Source of the DNA: Anaerolineales bacterium
GTDB taxonomy: Bacteria > Chloroflexota > Anaerolineae > Anaerolineales > Villigracilaceae
Reading direction: 5' to 3'
Assembly (NCBI GenBank): GCA_034435215.1
Contig: DAOTXM010000492.1
Span: 12,611-76,610, forward strand
DNA: 64,000 nt
The notes beneath the pieces are model-generated. The model had not been told where the DNA came from, did no database searches, and saw only the letters and a list, made by a program, of their open reading frames with translations. Numbering within the stretch: the stretch's first letter is position 1; each line of letters opens with the position of its first letter. The translations under genes and the position numbers were made by a program. Positions 1 through 9,216 of this stretch are shown in pieces.

Positions 1-343
1 AAGGCGGAGCGTGCGGCCGAACTGCATACGACAGCGGATTGAAATCCTTACCACGTATAATCACGTTCTCACCGCACTTAGAGGCGAAATTTGGCCGACA
101 TCTTATTGATATACAACCACGGTTATGCTAAACTAATGATAGAAAGATGCCTGCCGCGTCTTAGCCTCTTTCACCTCTTTGATAAGCCGTCTTATTGATG
201 ATGAGAACGATACAAAGCAACGAGGCAAATCGAAGTAGCAATTCTAAGCGGGGATATCGAATACAGTACTGTATAGATGTTTGTAGCGGTAAAACGGTTG
301 GCCACTGGTCCTATTTTGCTATTTCTAGTGAAAAGGCGTCCAT

Positions 344-706
344 ATGGCTACACCAACACCTGTTACAGAGCTATCACCACTAGATCAAATTCGTCTGGTC
401 GAAGCAGAAATAACGCGCAAAATTGTCACGGCTCGTGAAGAATCTGAGTGCATTATTGCGAATGCACGTACACAAGCCACTCTTCTCAAAAAACAGGCGT
501 ACGATTCTGGGATCCGTGCAGGACAGATCCATTATAAGGAAATCATATCCAAAGCCGAGGAGGAAGCGCGAGCAATCGTAGAACACGCGTACAATCGGGC
601 GGCTGACCTGCGGCGGAAGGGGCAGGCTAGTATGGAGGCAGCGATTCAGGAGACCACAAGCATCGTCCTGGGTGTGAAAGGAGGCGGGAAGTCAAATGAA
701 CCTTGA
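344..706 (+). CDS. V/A-type ATP synthase peripheral-stalk subunit (G/H-like)
   Basis: 120-aa charged helical ORF (EEEARAIVEHAYNRAADLRRKG) heading an I-K-E-C-F-A-B-D gene string. Its stop overlaps the subunit I start. Confidence 0.7.
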   Translation: MATPTPVTELSPLDQIRLVEAEITRKIVTAREESECIIANARTQATLLKKQAYDSGIRAGQIHYKEIISKAEEEARAIVEHAYNRAADLRRKGQASMEAAIQETTSIVLGVKGGGKSNEP

Positions 707-2582
707 GATGGTCCCCATTGAGATCATAGGGCTAAAAACCAGTATTCAAGCAGCTGTTCACACATTGCGGCAGTTGGGTTGCATGCACATCGAGGAATTG
801 GCCGATATACCCGAGGTTTCGGCACGACCGTTATCGCTGGATCGAGATACGCTTCGGCGGCAGGAGGAGCTTAGTCTGCTGCTCGCGCGTATCGGGGGGT
901 TGTTGGATGCTCTGAACGGCGCTCACCTAACGCCCGCTTTTTTCCCTATCGAGAATTATCTGACCGAGGCCCGCGCAGGAGTGGAAGAACTCATGCCCAC
1001 AGTAAAGTCGCTTACTTCCCGGCGCGAGCGGCTCGAATCCGAACTTGCTTCTCTACCCCGTTACGAGGCGACGCTCCGCAAGTTGCTACCGATCATGCCG
1101 GAGTCGGTACGCGAATCGGGAAACAGATCGGTGGGCATCCTGGTCAGCCGCGAACACATGGACATCCTGGATGGAATCGGCAAGCGCGTCTTCGATCTGA
1201 CTCAGGGGCATGCTGAGGTGGTTGCCAGCGATGTGGACGTTTCCACGCGTGCTATGTTGATCGTCTTCCCTGAGAAATTCACCAAGGAGATCGAAACCCT
1301 GCTGGGGCGCGAGGATATTTCACGCCTGCGCCTGCCCGCCGAGTTGGGAGAAGGAACTCCTGACATTGTCCTGGCGGCTTTGTATCGCCGCATGGCAGCC
1401 ATCCCCGAACAGGTCAAAGAGATCGACCATGAACTGGCCGGACTGTCTGCGCAATGGAATGGAAAACTGGCCGCCTGGCGCGCTGCCCTGCAGGATGAGA
1501 TCGAAACATCGCGTATCCTGCCGCGCTTTGGGGAAACCGACCTGACCTTTGTGCTGGCAGGCTGGGTTCCCGCCAGGGATGTCGAAAGGGTCGAGGCAGC
1601 CCTTCTGGAGAACGTCGGCAATACCGTCTTCATCCAGCGCTTGAAAATGACCCCGGAAATGAAAAAGAGCGCACCGGTTATCCTGCAAAATCCACGGCTG
1701 GCCAGACCCTTCGAGAGCCTGGTTAGATTGCTAGCCCTGCCGCGTTACGGTCACATTGATCCGACACGTATGATGGCGTTCTTCCTGCCCATCTTCTTCG
1801 GCATGATCCTCGGCGACGTGGGGTACGGGATCCTGGTCCTGGCGCTCAGCCTGGGATTCTTGCGCCGCTTCAAAGCCGGCATTGTGCGCGATATCCTCAT
1901 CGTGCTGGCCATGGGAGCTGGCTGGAGTATCCTGTTCGGATTTTTGTACGGCGAGGTTTTCGGCACGTTGGGTGAACATTTCGGGATGCATGCCCTGTGG
2001 TTCGACCGTACCAGCTCAGAGCACGTGATGGGGTTGCTGCTCATGACGGTTGCGATTGGCGCAGTACACATCACACTCGGTTTGATCCTGGGTGTTTGGG
2101 AAGCCGTCAAAGACAAAAGCCGCAGTCATCTGCTGGAACGCGGAGGCATGCTCGTAGGCCTGATCGGTCTCTTTTTCATGGTTGGCGTGTTGACAAATTT
2201 CCTGCCGCAGGGCTTCATGAGTCTTGCCATCGCCATTGTGATCATCGGCATCGTATTGTTGAGCGCATCGCTCGGCTGCCTGGGCGTCATCATGGGACCG
2301 ATCGAGTTCATCACATTGATCGGCAATGTACTTTCCTATCTACGTATTGCGGCAATCGGACTGGCTTCGGTCTACCTGGCAAAGGTGGCAAATGAAGTAG
2401 CAGGGATCGTGGGCAATCTCGTCGTGGGCGCAATCCTGGCCATCCTGATCCACGCTCTGAATCTCGTCCTCGGCATGTTCAGCCCCACCATCCACAGTCT
2501 ACGTTTGCATTACGTGGAATTCTTTCGCAAATTCTACGAAGGCGGCGGAAAGCCGTATGAGCCGTTCAGGAGTCGAATGTAG
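696..2582 (+). CDS. atpI: V/A-type ATP synthase subunit I (membrane a-subunit)
   Basis: 628 aa with a soluble N-terminal half followed by multiple TM helices. Conserved SYLRIAAIGLA arginine motif and a C-terminal LRLHYVEFFRKFYEGGG. Confidence 0.93.
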   Translation: MNLEMVPIEIIGLKTSIQAAVHTLRQLGCMHIEELADIPEVSARPLSLDRDTLRRQEELSLLLARIGGLLDALNGAHLTPAFFPIENYLTEARAGVEELMPTVKSLTSRRERLESELASLPRYEATLRKLLPIMPESVRESGNRSVGILVSREHMDILDGIGKRVFDLTQGHAEVVASDVDVSTRAMLIVFPEKFTKEIETLLGREDISRLRLPAELGEGTPDIVLAALYRRMAAIPEQVKEIDHELAGLSAQWNGKLAAWRAALQDEIETSRILPRFGETDLTFVLAGWVPARDVERVEAALLENVGNTVFIQRLKMTPEMKKSAPVILQNPRLARPFESLVRLLALPRYGHIDPTRMMAFFLPIFFGMILGDVGYGILVLALSLGFLRRFKAGIVRDILIVLAMGAGWSILFGFLYGEVFGTLGEHFGMHALWFDRTSSEHVMGLLLMTVAIGAVHITLGLILGVWEAVKDKSRSHLLERGGMLVGLIGLFFMVGVLTNFLPQGFMSLAIAIVIIGIVLLSASLGCLGVIMGPIEFITLIGNVLSYLRIAAIGLASVYLAKVANEVAGIVGNLVVGAILAILIHALNLVLGMFSPTIHSLRLHYVEFFRKFYEGGGKPYEPFRSRM

Positions 2583-2668
2583 CGTATGACCCTAAAGGTT
2601 TCGCCCCCCCACTCCGTTCGGGGATGCTGCGCAAAACCTTTAGGGTCTGTACCGTGAAGGAGGCAAAA

Positions 2669-2908
2669 ATGGAAATCGATCTGACTGCAATCGGGACCGG
2701 ACTGACCGCAGTTGGCGCGGGACTGGCAATCGGTCTTGCCGCTATCGGCACCGGCCTGGCGCAAGGCAGGATCGGCTCTGCCGGTGCCGGCGTGATCGCT
2801 GAAAAACCCGAAGCCCTGGGGATCGTCATCCTGCTCATCGCCATCCCTGAGACGATGGTCATCCTGGGATTCGCGGTGGCGGCGATGGTGTTACTACTCG
2901 GCGGATAA
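2669..2908 (+). CDS. atpK: V/A-type ATP synthase proteolipid subunit K (c-ring)
   Basis: 79-aa two-helix hairpin, Gly/Ala-rich (GLAIGLAAIGTGLAQGRIG) with carboxylate motif IPETMVILGF. Start moved to the ATG at 2669, which follows GGAGG. The track ORF begins at 2624. Confidence 0.93.
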   Translation: MEIDLTAIGTGLTAVGAGLAIGLAAIGTGLAQGRIGSAGAGVIAEKPEALGIVILLIAIPETMVILGFAVAAMVLLLGG

Positions 2909-2909
2909 G

Positions 2910-3533
2910 ATGGGATTGCAGGCCATCCTGGAGAAGATTCGCGCGGAGGGAGAGGCGCAAGTCCAGGAGATCGAACAGAGCGCACAGATCCAGGTGAATG
3001 GTATCCTGGCACAGGCCCGGGCAGAGGCACGCCAGATCGAAGAAGACGCCTGTGCCGAGGTCAGCGCGCCCGCCGTTGCAGAACGTGCGCGCATCCTCCA
3101 CCGGGCGCGTCTGGAGGCTTTGCGCATCATTGGGGATGTAAGGGAGGAACTGGTAGACACCGCCATCACCCGCGCACGTGAACGTCTTGCGTCCATCCGC
3201 GCTGACCGGTCTTACCCCGAGGTGGTACGCACACTGACCGAAGAAGCGTTGGCCGAACTAAACTCAGGCGACGCTGGAAACGCTCAACTTCTGGCGGATC
3301 CGCGTGACCGGGCTATTCTAGCAAGCGTTCTCGACGATCTGGAGTTGGATCTACCTGTGGACTACGGGCTGAACTGCTGGGGCGGGTTGATCGCTAAAAG
3401 CAAGGATGGCCGCGTAGTCGTTATCAACACCTTCGAATCCCGGCTGGAACATGCCACCGCGTTCTTACGCAGCCACCTGGCCGCGTTTTTCGAGCAGGAA
3501 CAACCTGCCTTGAGGGAGACGCTCCGTGTCTGA
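2910..3533 (+). CDS. atpE: V/A-type ATP synthase subunit E
   Basis: 207 aa with a long N-terminal charged helix (ILEKIRAEGEAQVQEIEQSAQ) and a globular C-terminus. Position between K and C. Confidence 0.85.
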   Translation: MGLQAILEKIRAEGEAQVQEIEQSAQIQVNGILAQARAEARQIEEDACAEVSAPAVAERARILHRARLEALRIIGDVREELVDTAITRARERLASIRADRSYPEVVRTLTEEALAELNSGDAGNAQLLADPRDRAILASVLDDLELDLPVDYGLNCWGGLIAKSKDGRVVVINTFESRLEHATAFLRSHLAAFFEQEQPALRETLRV

Positions 3534-4602
3534 TTACGATTATGGCAACGCGCGCCTACGTGTGATGAAATCCAGGTTGCTTCCTCGGAGCGAACTGGAG
3601 GCTCTGGCGGGGACTGGCACCCTGCCGGGACTGATCGCAGCCCTGACCAAAACTGTTTACCAGAAATCGGTCGAGGCTGCCCTGACGCGCGTCACCGGTC
3701 TGGAATGCATTGACGAGGCGTTGAGGAACGATCTTATCGGCACTGTCGGGAAGTTGCGTGACTTTTACACGGAAAACGCCGGAAAGACAGTCGCAATCAT
3801 CCTGGGAACTTACGATATTCATAACCTCAAAGCGATCCTGCGTGGACTCGCAAAGAATGTGCCCGCTGGAGATATTCTTACGATCCTGCTGCCGATCGGT
3901 GAATTGAGCATGAGCACGTTGCGCGAACTGGCCCAGTTGAACAACCCGCGCGAGGCGATAGACCTGCTGGCAAGCATGGGTCTCTCGATTGCCTGGCCGC
4001 TTCTCAACGTGCGGGCGGAGGTCCCAGGGGCGGAGACATTCGAGATGGAATTGGCTCTTGACAAGTGGTATCACGAGAAAGCCCGCCAAAGCCTGAGAAG
4101 CGAGACAGGCAGGGTGGACCCGCTGTCTCATGCGCTGGCGTTAGAGGCAGATCTTGTAAATGTGCTGACCGTCCTGCGATTTGCACAGGATCCGCATGCA
4201 CGGGACCTGCTTCGCGACCGGTTAGGTACAGATGAGATCGAGTATTTACTCATCGGACCCGGGCGTATTCCCTACGAACTGTTTTCGAACGCTTACCGGC
4301 AGGACTCGGTGGCCGCTGCGGGTGAAATCCTGTCAGGAACATTCCTGGAGCCGGCCCTGCACGCCGGGTTGGAAGCCTATGCGCGCTCGAACCGCCTGAG
4401 CGACATCGAAAGACAACTGAGACGTTACCGGCTGGAATGGATGACGGAGCAGATCACAAAAGACCCGCTGGGCATTGGCATGGTACTTGGGTATGTGGCA
4501 TTGAAGACCAACGAAATCGGCAACATTCGTTGGATCGCCCAAGGGATCAATCTGGGGTTGAAACCGGATGCCATTCGCGCAGAACTGGAAATGGTTTCAT
4601 GA
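3526..4602 (+). CDS. atpC: V/A-type ATP synthase subunit C (eukaryotic d homologue)
   Basis: 358 aa starting YDYGNARLRVMKSRLL, typical of the AC39/d family. Operon position fits. Confidence 0.9.
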   Translation: MSDYDYGNARLRVMKSRLLPRSELEALAGTGTLPGLIAALTKTVYQKSVEAALTRVTGLECIDEALRNDLIGTVGKLRDFYTENAGKTVAIILGTYDIHNLKAILRGLAKNVPAGDILTILLPIGELSMSTLRELAQLNNPREAIDLLASMGLSIAWPLLNVRAEVPGAETFEMELALDKWYHEKARQSLRSETGRVDPLSHALALEADLVNVLTVLRFAQDPHARDLLRDRLGTDEIEYLLIGPGRIPYELFSNAYRQDSVAAAGEILSGTFLEPALHAGLEAYARSNRLSDIERQLRRYRLEWMTEQITKDPLGIGMVLGYVALKTNEIGNIRWIAQGINLGLKPDAIRAELEMVS

Positions 4603-4943
4603 GCCAATTATTCGTTCTCACACGCCCTGTCCTCGTCCCCGGTTTTCAGCTGGCCGGTGTGGACGCCCACGGCGTAGAAGATGTAGAAAGCGCCCAAGAA
4701 CTGATCGAGAATTGGATGGCCGCCGGAGAAGCAGGTTTGCTGGCAATCGATGATGGCCTGCTGACTCACATGGATGCGGACTTTTTGAAACGTCTCGCCT
4801 CATCCGAACACCTGCCTTATATCGCGATTCCTGGCGGTCAGCCGCTGGGCCCCGAAGCTTCGCAGAGATACCGCATCGCAACGTTGATTCGACAGGCGAT
4901 CGGTTTCCATATCACCTTCAAAGGCGAGGAGGAACAGGAATGA
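4599..4943 (+). CDS. atpF: V/A-type ATP synthase subunit F
   Basis: 114 aa from the internal ATG at 4599 (ATGA overlap with the atpC stop): MSQLFVLTRPVLVPGFQLAGV...LLAIDDGL. The upstream part of track ORF 4437..4943 overlaps atpC in another frame. Confidence 0.88.
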   Translation: MSQLFVLTRPVLVPGFQLAGVDAHGVEDVESAQELIENWMAAGEAGLLAIDDGLLTHMDADFLKRLASSEHLPYIAIPGGQPLGPEASQRYRIATLIRQAIGFHITFKGEEEQE

Positions 4944-6733
4944 TCGAACCCGGGAATGAGGTCGGCAAAGTAATACGCATCGCTGGACCCGTTGTGAGGG
5001 CCGAGGGTCTGGAAAACGTCCGGCTATACGATGTCGTACATGTCGGCGAGATGGGACTCATTGGCGAGGTGATCCGTCTTTCCGAAGGCATCACCACGAT
5101 CCAGGTGTACGAAGATACATCGGGCATTCGTGTCGGCGAACCGGTTCACGGTACGGGGTTTCCCCTGGTCGCCCTGTTGGGACCAGGTCTGTTGGGACAG
5201 GTCTATGATGGGTTACAGAGACCACTCGAACTCCTGGCCAGGGCAAGCGGCGAGTTTATCCAACGCGGCGTGCAGGCCTCACCGTTGCCCGAAGAGAAAC
5301 GCTGGAAATTTACGCCAAGCGTTGCAGTGGGCGCAATGGTGGGACCCGGTGATATTCTGGGCGTAGCACCAGAATCGCGGACAATCGAACATCGTATTAT
5401 GGTTCCACCTCGCCAGCGCGGGCGGGTGGTCAGCATCCGTGAGGGTGAGGTCAACGTCAATGAAACGGTGGCGATCATCGAGTCCGGGGATGAAGCGAGA
5501 AGAAAAAATGTGGAGGTCACGCTCGTTCAGCGCTGGCCTGTGCGCCAGCCACGTCCCTGCCAGGCGCGTCTCGCACCGCGTGAACCGTTGTTGACAGGGA
5601 CACGCATCATCGATGCTTTTTTCCCGGTGGCGAAAGGCGGCTCGGCCATCATCCCAGGCGGTTTCGGGACGGGGAAAACCGTGACCGAACATAGTCTCGC
5701 GCGCTGGGCGGATGCGGATGTGGTGGTTTATGTGGGATGCGGCGAGCGCGGCAACGAGATGACCGAGGTGCTGGAGGAGTTCCCGAAACTGGAAGATCCG
5801 CGTACTGGTGCGCCGCTGATGGAACGCACGGCGCTGATTGCCAATACTTCGAACATGCCGGTGGCTGCGCGGGAGGCCAGCATTTATACCGGCATTACGA
5901 TTGCGGAGTACTACCGCGATATGGGCTACGATGTGCTAATGCTGGCCGATTCCACGTCGCGCTGGGGAGAAGCCCTGCGCGAGATTTCGGGGCGCTTGGA
6001 GGAGATGCCCGGCGAAGAGGGTTACCCGGCGTACCTGGCCGCGCGCCTGGCGGAATTTTACGAACGCTCCGGGCGGGTCATTTGTTTGGGGAATCACGGC
6101 GCAAATACCCAAGGTCGCATAGGTTCCGTGTCGGTGGTTGGGGCAGTGTCGCCTCCTGGCGGCGACTTCTCGGAACCCGTGACCCAAAACTCGATGCGTG
6201 TGGCCAGCACCTTTTGGGCCTTGGATTACGATCTTTCTCGCCGCCGTCATTTCCCGGCGATCAACTGGACGGATAGTTATTCGCTCTACAATTTTCATGA
6301 TTGGTTCGAACGCGAAGTGGGGACCGATTGGGATGAGTTATCGAAAGAAGCCATGGCGCTGTTGCAACGGGAGGTGGAACTGCTCGAGATCGTCCAACTG
6401 GTCGGCCCCGATGCACTGGCTGTACCCGAACGTGCCGTGCTGGCAATCGCGCGCATGTTGCGGGAAGACTTTCTCCAGCAATCGGCTTATGGTGATGTGG
6501 ACCGCTACTGCTCGATCCGCAAGGCTTACTGGATGCTCAAGACGATCATGGAGTTCTATCATCACACGCAGGCTGCTTTGGAAGCGAAGATCCCGTTGGA
6601 ACGCATCACGGCGTTGCCGGTCGCTTCGGATATTGCACGGATGAAGGAAATCCTGGTGGACTCCGCCGAGAAGGAAATACGCGCCATCATGGACCGCGTG
6701 CAGTTCAGTTTTGCAGACCTGGGAGTTGGCTGA
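4940..6733 (+). CDS. atpA: V/A-type ATP synthase catalytic subunit A
   Basis: 597 aa with Walker A GGFGTGKT, the A-subunit-specific insertion, and GERGNEM / [18 protein letters not shown] motifs. Confidence 0.98.
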   Translation: MIEPGNEVGKVIRIAGPVVRAEGLENVRLYDVVHVGEMGLIGEVIRLSEGITTIQVYEDTSGIRVGEPVHGTGFPLVALLGPGLLGQVYDGLQRPLELLARASGEFIQRGVQASPLPEEKRWKFTPSVAVGAMVGPGDILGVAPESRTIEHRIMVPPRQRGRVVSIREGEVNVNETVAIIESGDEARRKNVEVTLVQRWPVRQPRPCQARLAPREPLLTGTRIIDAFFPVAKGGSAIIPGGFGTGKTVTEHSLARWADADVVVYVGCGERGNEMTEVLEEFPKLEDPRTGAPLMERTALIANTSNMPVAAREASIYTGITIAEYYRDMGYDVLMLADSTSRWGEALREISGRLEEMPGEEGYPAYLAARLAEFYERSGRVICLGNHGANTQGRIGSVSVVGAVSPPGGDFSEPVTQNSMRVASTFWALDYDLSRRRHFPAINWTDSYSLYNFHDWFEREVGTDWDELSKEAMALLQREVELLEIVQLVGPDALAVPERAVLAIARMLREDFLQQSAYGDVDRYCSIRKAYWMLKTIMEFYHHTQAALEAKIPLERITALPVASDIARMKEILVDSAEKEIRAIMDRVQFSFADLGVG

Positions 6734-6734
6734 G

Positions 6735-8159
6735 ATGCTCAAGACGCTGCCACTGCCTCGCCTGCTGACCACCGAATACCGGACGGTCTCCCAGATCAAA
6801 GGTCCGCTGGTCTTCGTCGAACGCATTGCGGGCGTGGCGTACAACGAGATCGTGGAGATCATCGGCCCGGATGGCAATGTGCGTCTCGGACAGGTCATGG
6901 AAGTGGATCAGCAGCGCTGCATGGTTCGCATCTTTCTCGGGACCTCCGGTCTGGATCTCGAGACAACGCGAGTGCGCTTCACCGGGGATGTGGCCCGTCT
7001 TGGGGTGTCGCTCTCCATGCTGGGGCGCGTCCTGAATGGTTCCGGTCAGCCGATCGATGGGGGCCCGCCCATCATTCCAGAGCGCTCACTCGACATCAAC
7101 GGGCTGCCGATCAACCCATCGATGCGGACCCACCCGAGCGAGTTCATCCAAACGGGCGTCTCGGCCATAGATGGTCTCAATACCCTGACGCGTGGGCAGA
7201 AGCTCCCCATCTTCTCCGGCGCGGGTTTACCGGCGAACGAACTGGCCGCACAGATTGCGTCGCAGGCGCGCGTGGTTGGCGGCGAGGAGGGGGGGCGCAC
7301 GGCTGGTCGCGGTAGCGAACCGTTTGCAGTGGTCTTCGCTGCGATTGGGATCACACAACGCGAGACATCCTTCTTCATGGATCAATTCCGCGCCAGTGAT
7401 GCAATGGACCGCACGGTGTTGTTCGTCAACCGCGCTGACGATCCGTCCATCGAACGCCTGCTTACCCCGCGCGCGGCGCTGACGGCGGCTGAATATCTGG
7501 CATTTACGCATCACCGTCACGTGCTGGTCATCCTGACCGACATGACGAATTATTGCGAGGCGTTACGTGAGATCGCTGCGGCCAGCGAGGAAGTGCCGGG
7601 CAGGCGCGGTTATCCGGGATACATGTATTCAGACCTGGCAAGTTTGTACGAGCGCTCCGGGCGCATCCGCGGCAATCCTGGCTCGGTGACACAACTGGTC
7701 ATCCTGACCATGCCCGATGACGATATCACGCATCCCATCCCCGACCTGACCGGCTACATCACCGAGGGACAGATCGTAATGAGCCGTGATTTACATCGCA
7801 AGGGCATCTATCCTCCCATTGATGTACTGCCGTCGCTCTCAAGGTTGATGAACGATGGGATCGGTAGAGGCAAGACCCGCGCCGATCATCGCTCTGTCGC
7901 CGACCAGCTTTATGCTTTTTACGCCGAAGGCCGCGACCTGCGTCGTCTGGTGGCAATCATCGGCGAAGCGGCGCTGTCCGCAGAAGATCGCCGTGTGTTG
8001 GATTTCGCCAAACGCTTCGAAGAGACATTCATCGGGCAGGGAACGGTCAACCGTGAAGTCAGTGATACCCTTAATCGCGCCTGGGAATTACTGGCTCCCA
8101 TGCCCGCCGAATCGCTCAAACGGATTCCGAAGGAGTTCATCGAGCAATATCATAGATAA
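6735..8159 (+). CDS. atpB: V/A-type ATP synthase subunit B
   Basis: About 474 aa with [25 protein letters not shown] and [14 protein letters not shown] motifs. ATG 6735 is preferred because it lies just after the atpA stop. Track start is 6711. Confidence 0.97.
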   Translation: MLKTLPLPRLLTTEYRTVSQIKGPLVFVERIAGVAYNEIVEIIGPDGNVRLGQVMEVDQQRCMVRIFLGTSGLDLETTRVRFTGDVARLGVSLSMLGRVLNGSGQPIDGGPPIIPERSLDINGLPINPSMRTHPSEFIQTGVSAIDGLNTLTRGQKLPIFSGAGLPANELAAQIASQARVVGGEEGGRTAGRGSEPFAVVFAAIGITQRETSFFMDQFRASDAMDRTVLFVNRADDPSIERLLTPRAALTAAEYLAFTHHRHVLVILTDMTNYCEALREIAAASEEVPGRRGYPGYMYSDLASLYERSGRIRGNPGSVTQLVILTMPDDDITHPIPDLTGYITEGQIVMSRDLHRKGIYPPIDVLPSLSRLMNDGIGRGKTRADHRSVADQLYAFYAEGRDLRRLVAIIGEAALSAEDRRVLDFAKRFEETFIGQGTVNREVSDTLNRAWELLAPMPAESLKRIPKEFIEQYHR

Positions 8160-8168
8160 AGAGGTAAT

Positions 8169-8247
8169 ATCACTGCGAGTCTTTGGCGAAGCAGTCTCCT
8201 GTAACGAGGGATTGCTTCTTCGGGGAGGGCATCCTCCTCGCAATGAC
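8169..8247. repeat. Palindromic intergenic repeat, copy a (GTCATTGCGAG...GAAGCAATC / GATTGCTTC...CTCGCAATGAC family)
   Basis: ATCACTGCGAG..GAAGCAGTCTCC..GGGATTGCTTC..CTCGCAATGAC nested inverted repeats between atpB and atpD. Same architecture as the copies at 19570, 48658 and 49444. Confidence 0.8.
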
Positions 8248-8260
8248 ATAAGTAAACGAT

Positions 8261-8899
8261 ATGAGCAACGTATCCGTCACCCGCATGGAACTATTAGCCC
8301 GCAAGGCGCAAATCGCGCTGGCGAGCCAGGGAAGGGATTTGCTCGAGCAAAAGCGCATGGCTTTGATGAAGGAGTTCATGCGTACAGCGGATACCGCGCT
8401 GGAACATTCGGACGCGCTCCAGGTCTCGGCGGCAAATGCCAGCCAGTCTCTAGCGCGCACAGAGGCCATGGCGGGGGTAGAATCCGTTCGGTCGGCGGCG
8501 CTGGCCTCTCGTGGCGGATTCAGCCTCGAGGTCACGACCAGCAGCGTGATGGGGGTGAGAGTCCCGCACATCGAACAAAAGAGTGCCTCCCGCTCATTCC
8601 TGCAGAGAGGTTATTCGATTGTCGGCGCTTCGATCAGCATCGACGAAACTGCTTCCGCATTCGAAAGAGAGATCGAAGCCATCATCCAACTGGCGGAGAC
8701 CGAACTACGCCTCGTGCGCTTGGGTGACGAGATCCAGCGCACTTCGAGACGGTTGAACGCGCTCGATCATTTTTTGATCCCGCGCCTCAAAGTGGAACGG
8801 GATTTCATTCAGATGGCGCTGGACGAAAGAGAACGCGCCGATCATTTTCGCCTGAAATTAGTAAAACATGCGTTGGAACGCAAACGAGGAGCTGATTAA
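8261..8899 (+). CDS. atpD: V/A-type ATP synthase central-stalk subunit D
   Basis: 212 aa starting VTRMELLARKAQIALASQGRDLLEQKR, typical of subunit D. Last conserved gene of the operon. Confidence 0.93.
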   Translation: MSNVSVTRMELLARKAQIALASQGRDLLEQKRMALMKEFMRTADTALEHSDALQVSAANASQSLARTEAMAGVESVRSAALASRGGFSLEVTTSSVMGVRVPHIEQKSASRSFLQRGYSIVGASISIDETASAFEREIEAIIQLAETELRLVRLGDEIQRTSRRLNALDHFLIPRLKVERDFIQMALDERERADHFRLKLVKHALERKRGAD

Positions 8900-8917
8900 C
8901 CAAAGTTGGAGGTAAAA

Positions 8918-9175
8918 ATGTCTACGGATATACTAAATGATGCCTTACCATCGACAACGGACGAAATCCATGCTTTATTGGAAAAATGCCTGATCAATGC
9001 ATACTTGAAAAGTAAAGGATATACACACGAAAGCCTGAAGAACTTGCCGGAAGAGAAAGCACACCAAATTTTGAAAGAAGCCTCCACCTACGCCTCAGGC
9101 AAACTTGCAGAAATCGAAATCAGGGCGCGCTTTACTGAAGATCTTCAAGAGAGCGGTCACTCCCTGGAAACTTAA
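8918..9175 (+). CDS. Hypothetical small protein (85 aa)
   Basis: ATG at 8918 preceded by GGAGG, 19 nt after the atpD stop. Visibly lower GC than the operon. No recognisable motif. Confidence 0.45.
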   Translation: MSTDILNDALPSTTDEIHALLEKCLINAYLKSKGYTHESLKNLPEEKAHQILKEASTYASGKLAEIEIRARFTEDLQESGHSLET

Positions 9176-9216
9176 TGCAAACACTATCGCCTCGCAAAAC
9201 GTAATGGTGCCACCTG

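Noticed and set aside
1-343. Possible gene or RNA at the window start. This includes ORF 195..383 and a 13-codon open frame ending in TGA at 40..42 that could be the tail of an upstream gene.
   Set aside because: ORF 195..383 overlaps the first ATPase gene and has no motifs. The 13-codon tail is too short to identify. No tRNA-like cloverleaf or known RNA motif was seen. A TTGATA-17-TAAACT promoter-like match at 106..134 is too weak to report as a feature.
2669-2908. Na+ specificity of the V-ATPase inferred from the Q...PET motif in the K subunit.
   Set aside because: As far as I recall, the same Gln and Pro-Glu-Thr residues also occur in proton-coupled V/A-type c subunits such as that of Thermus. 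The motif alone is therefore not discriminating. The full ligand set would need a structural alignment.
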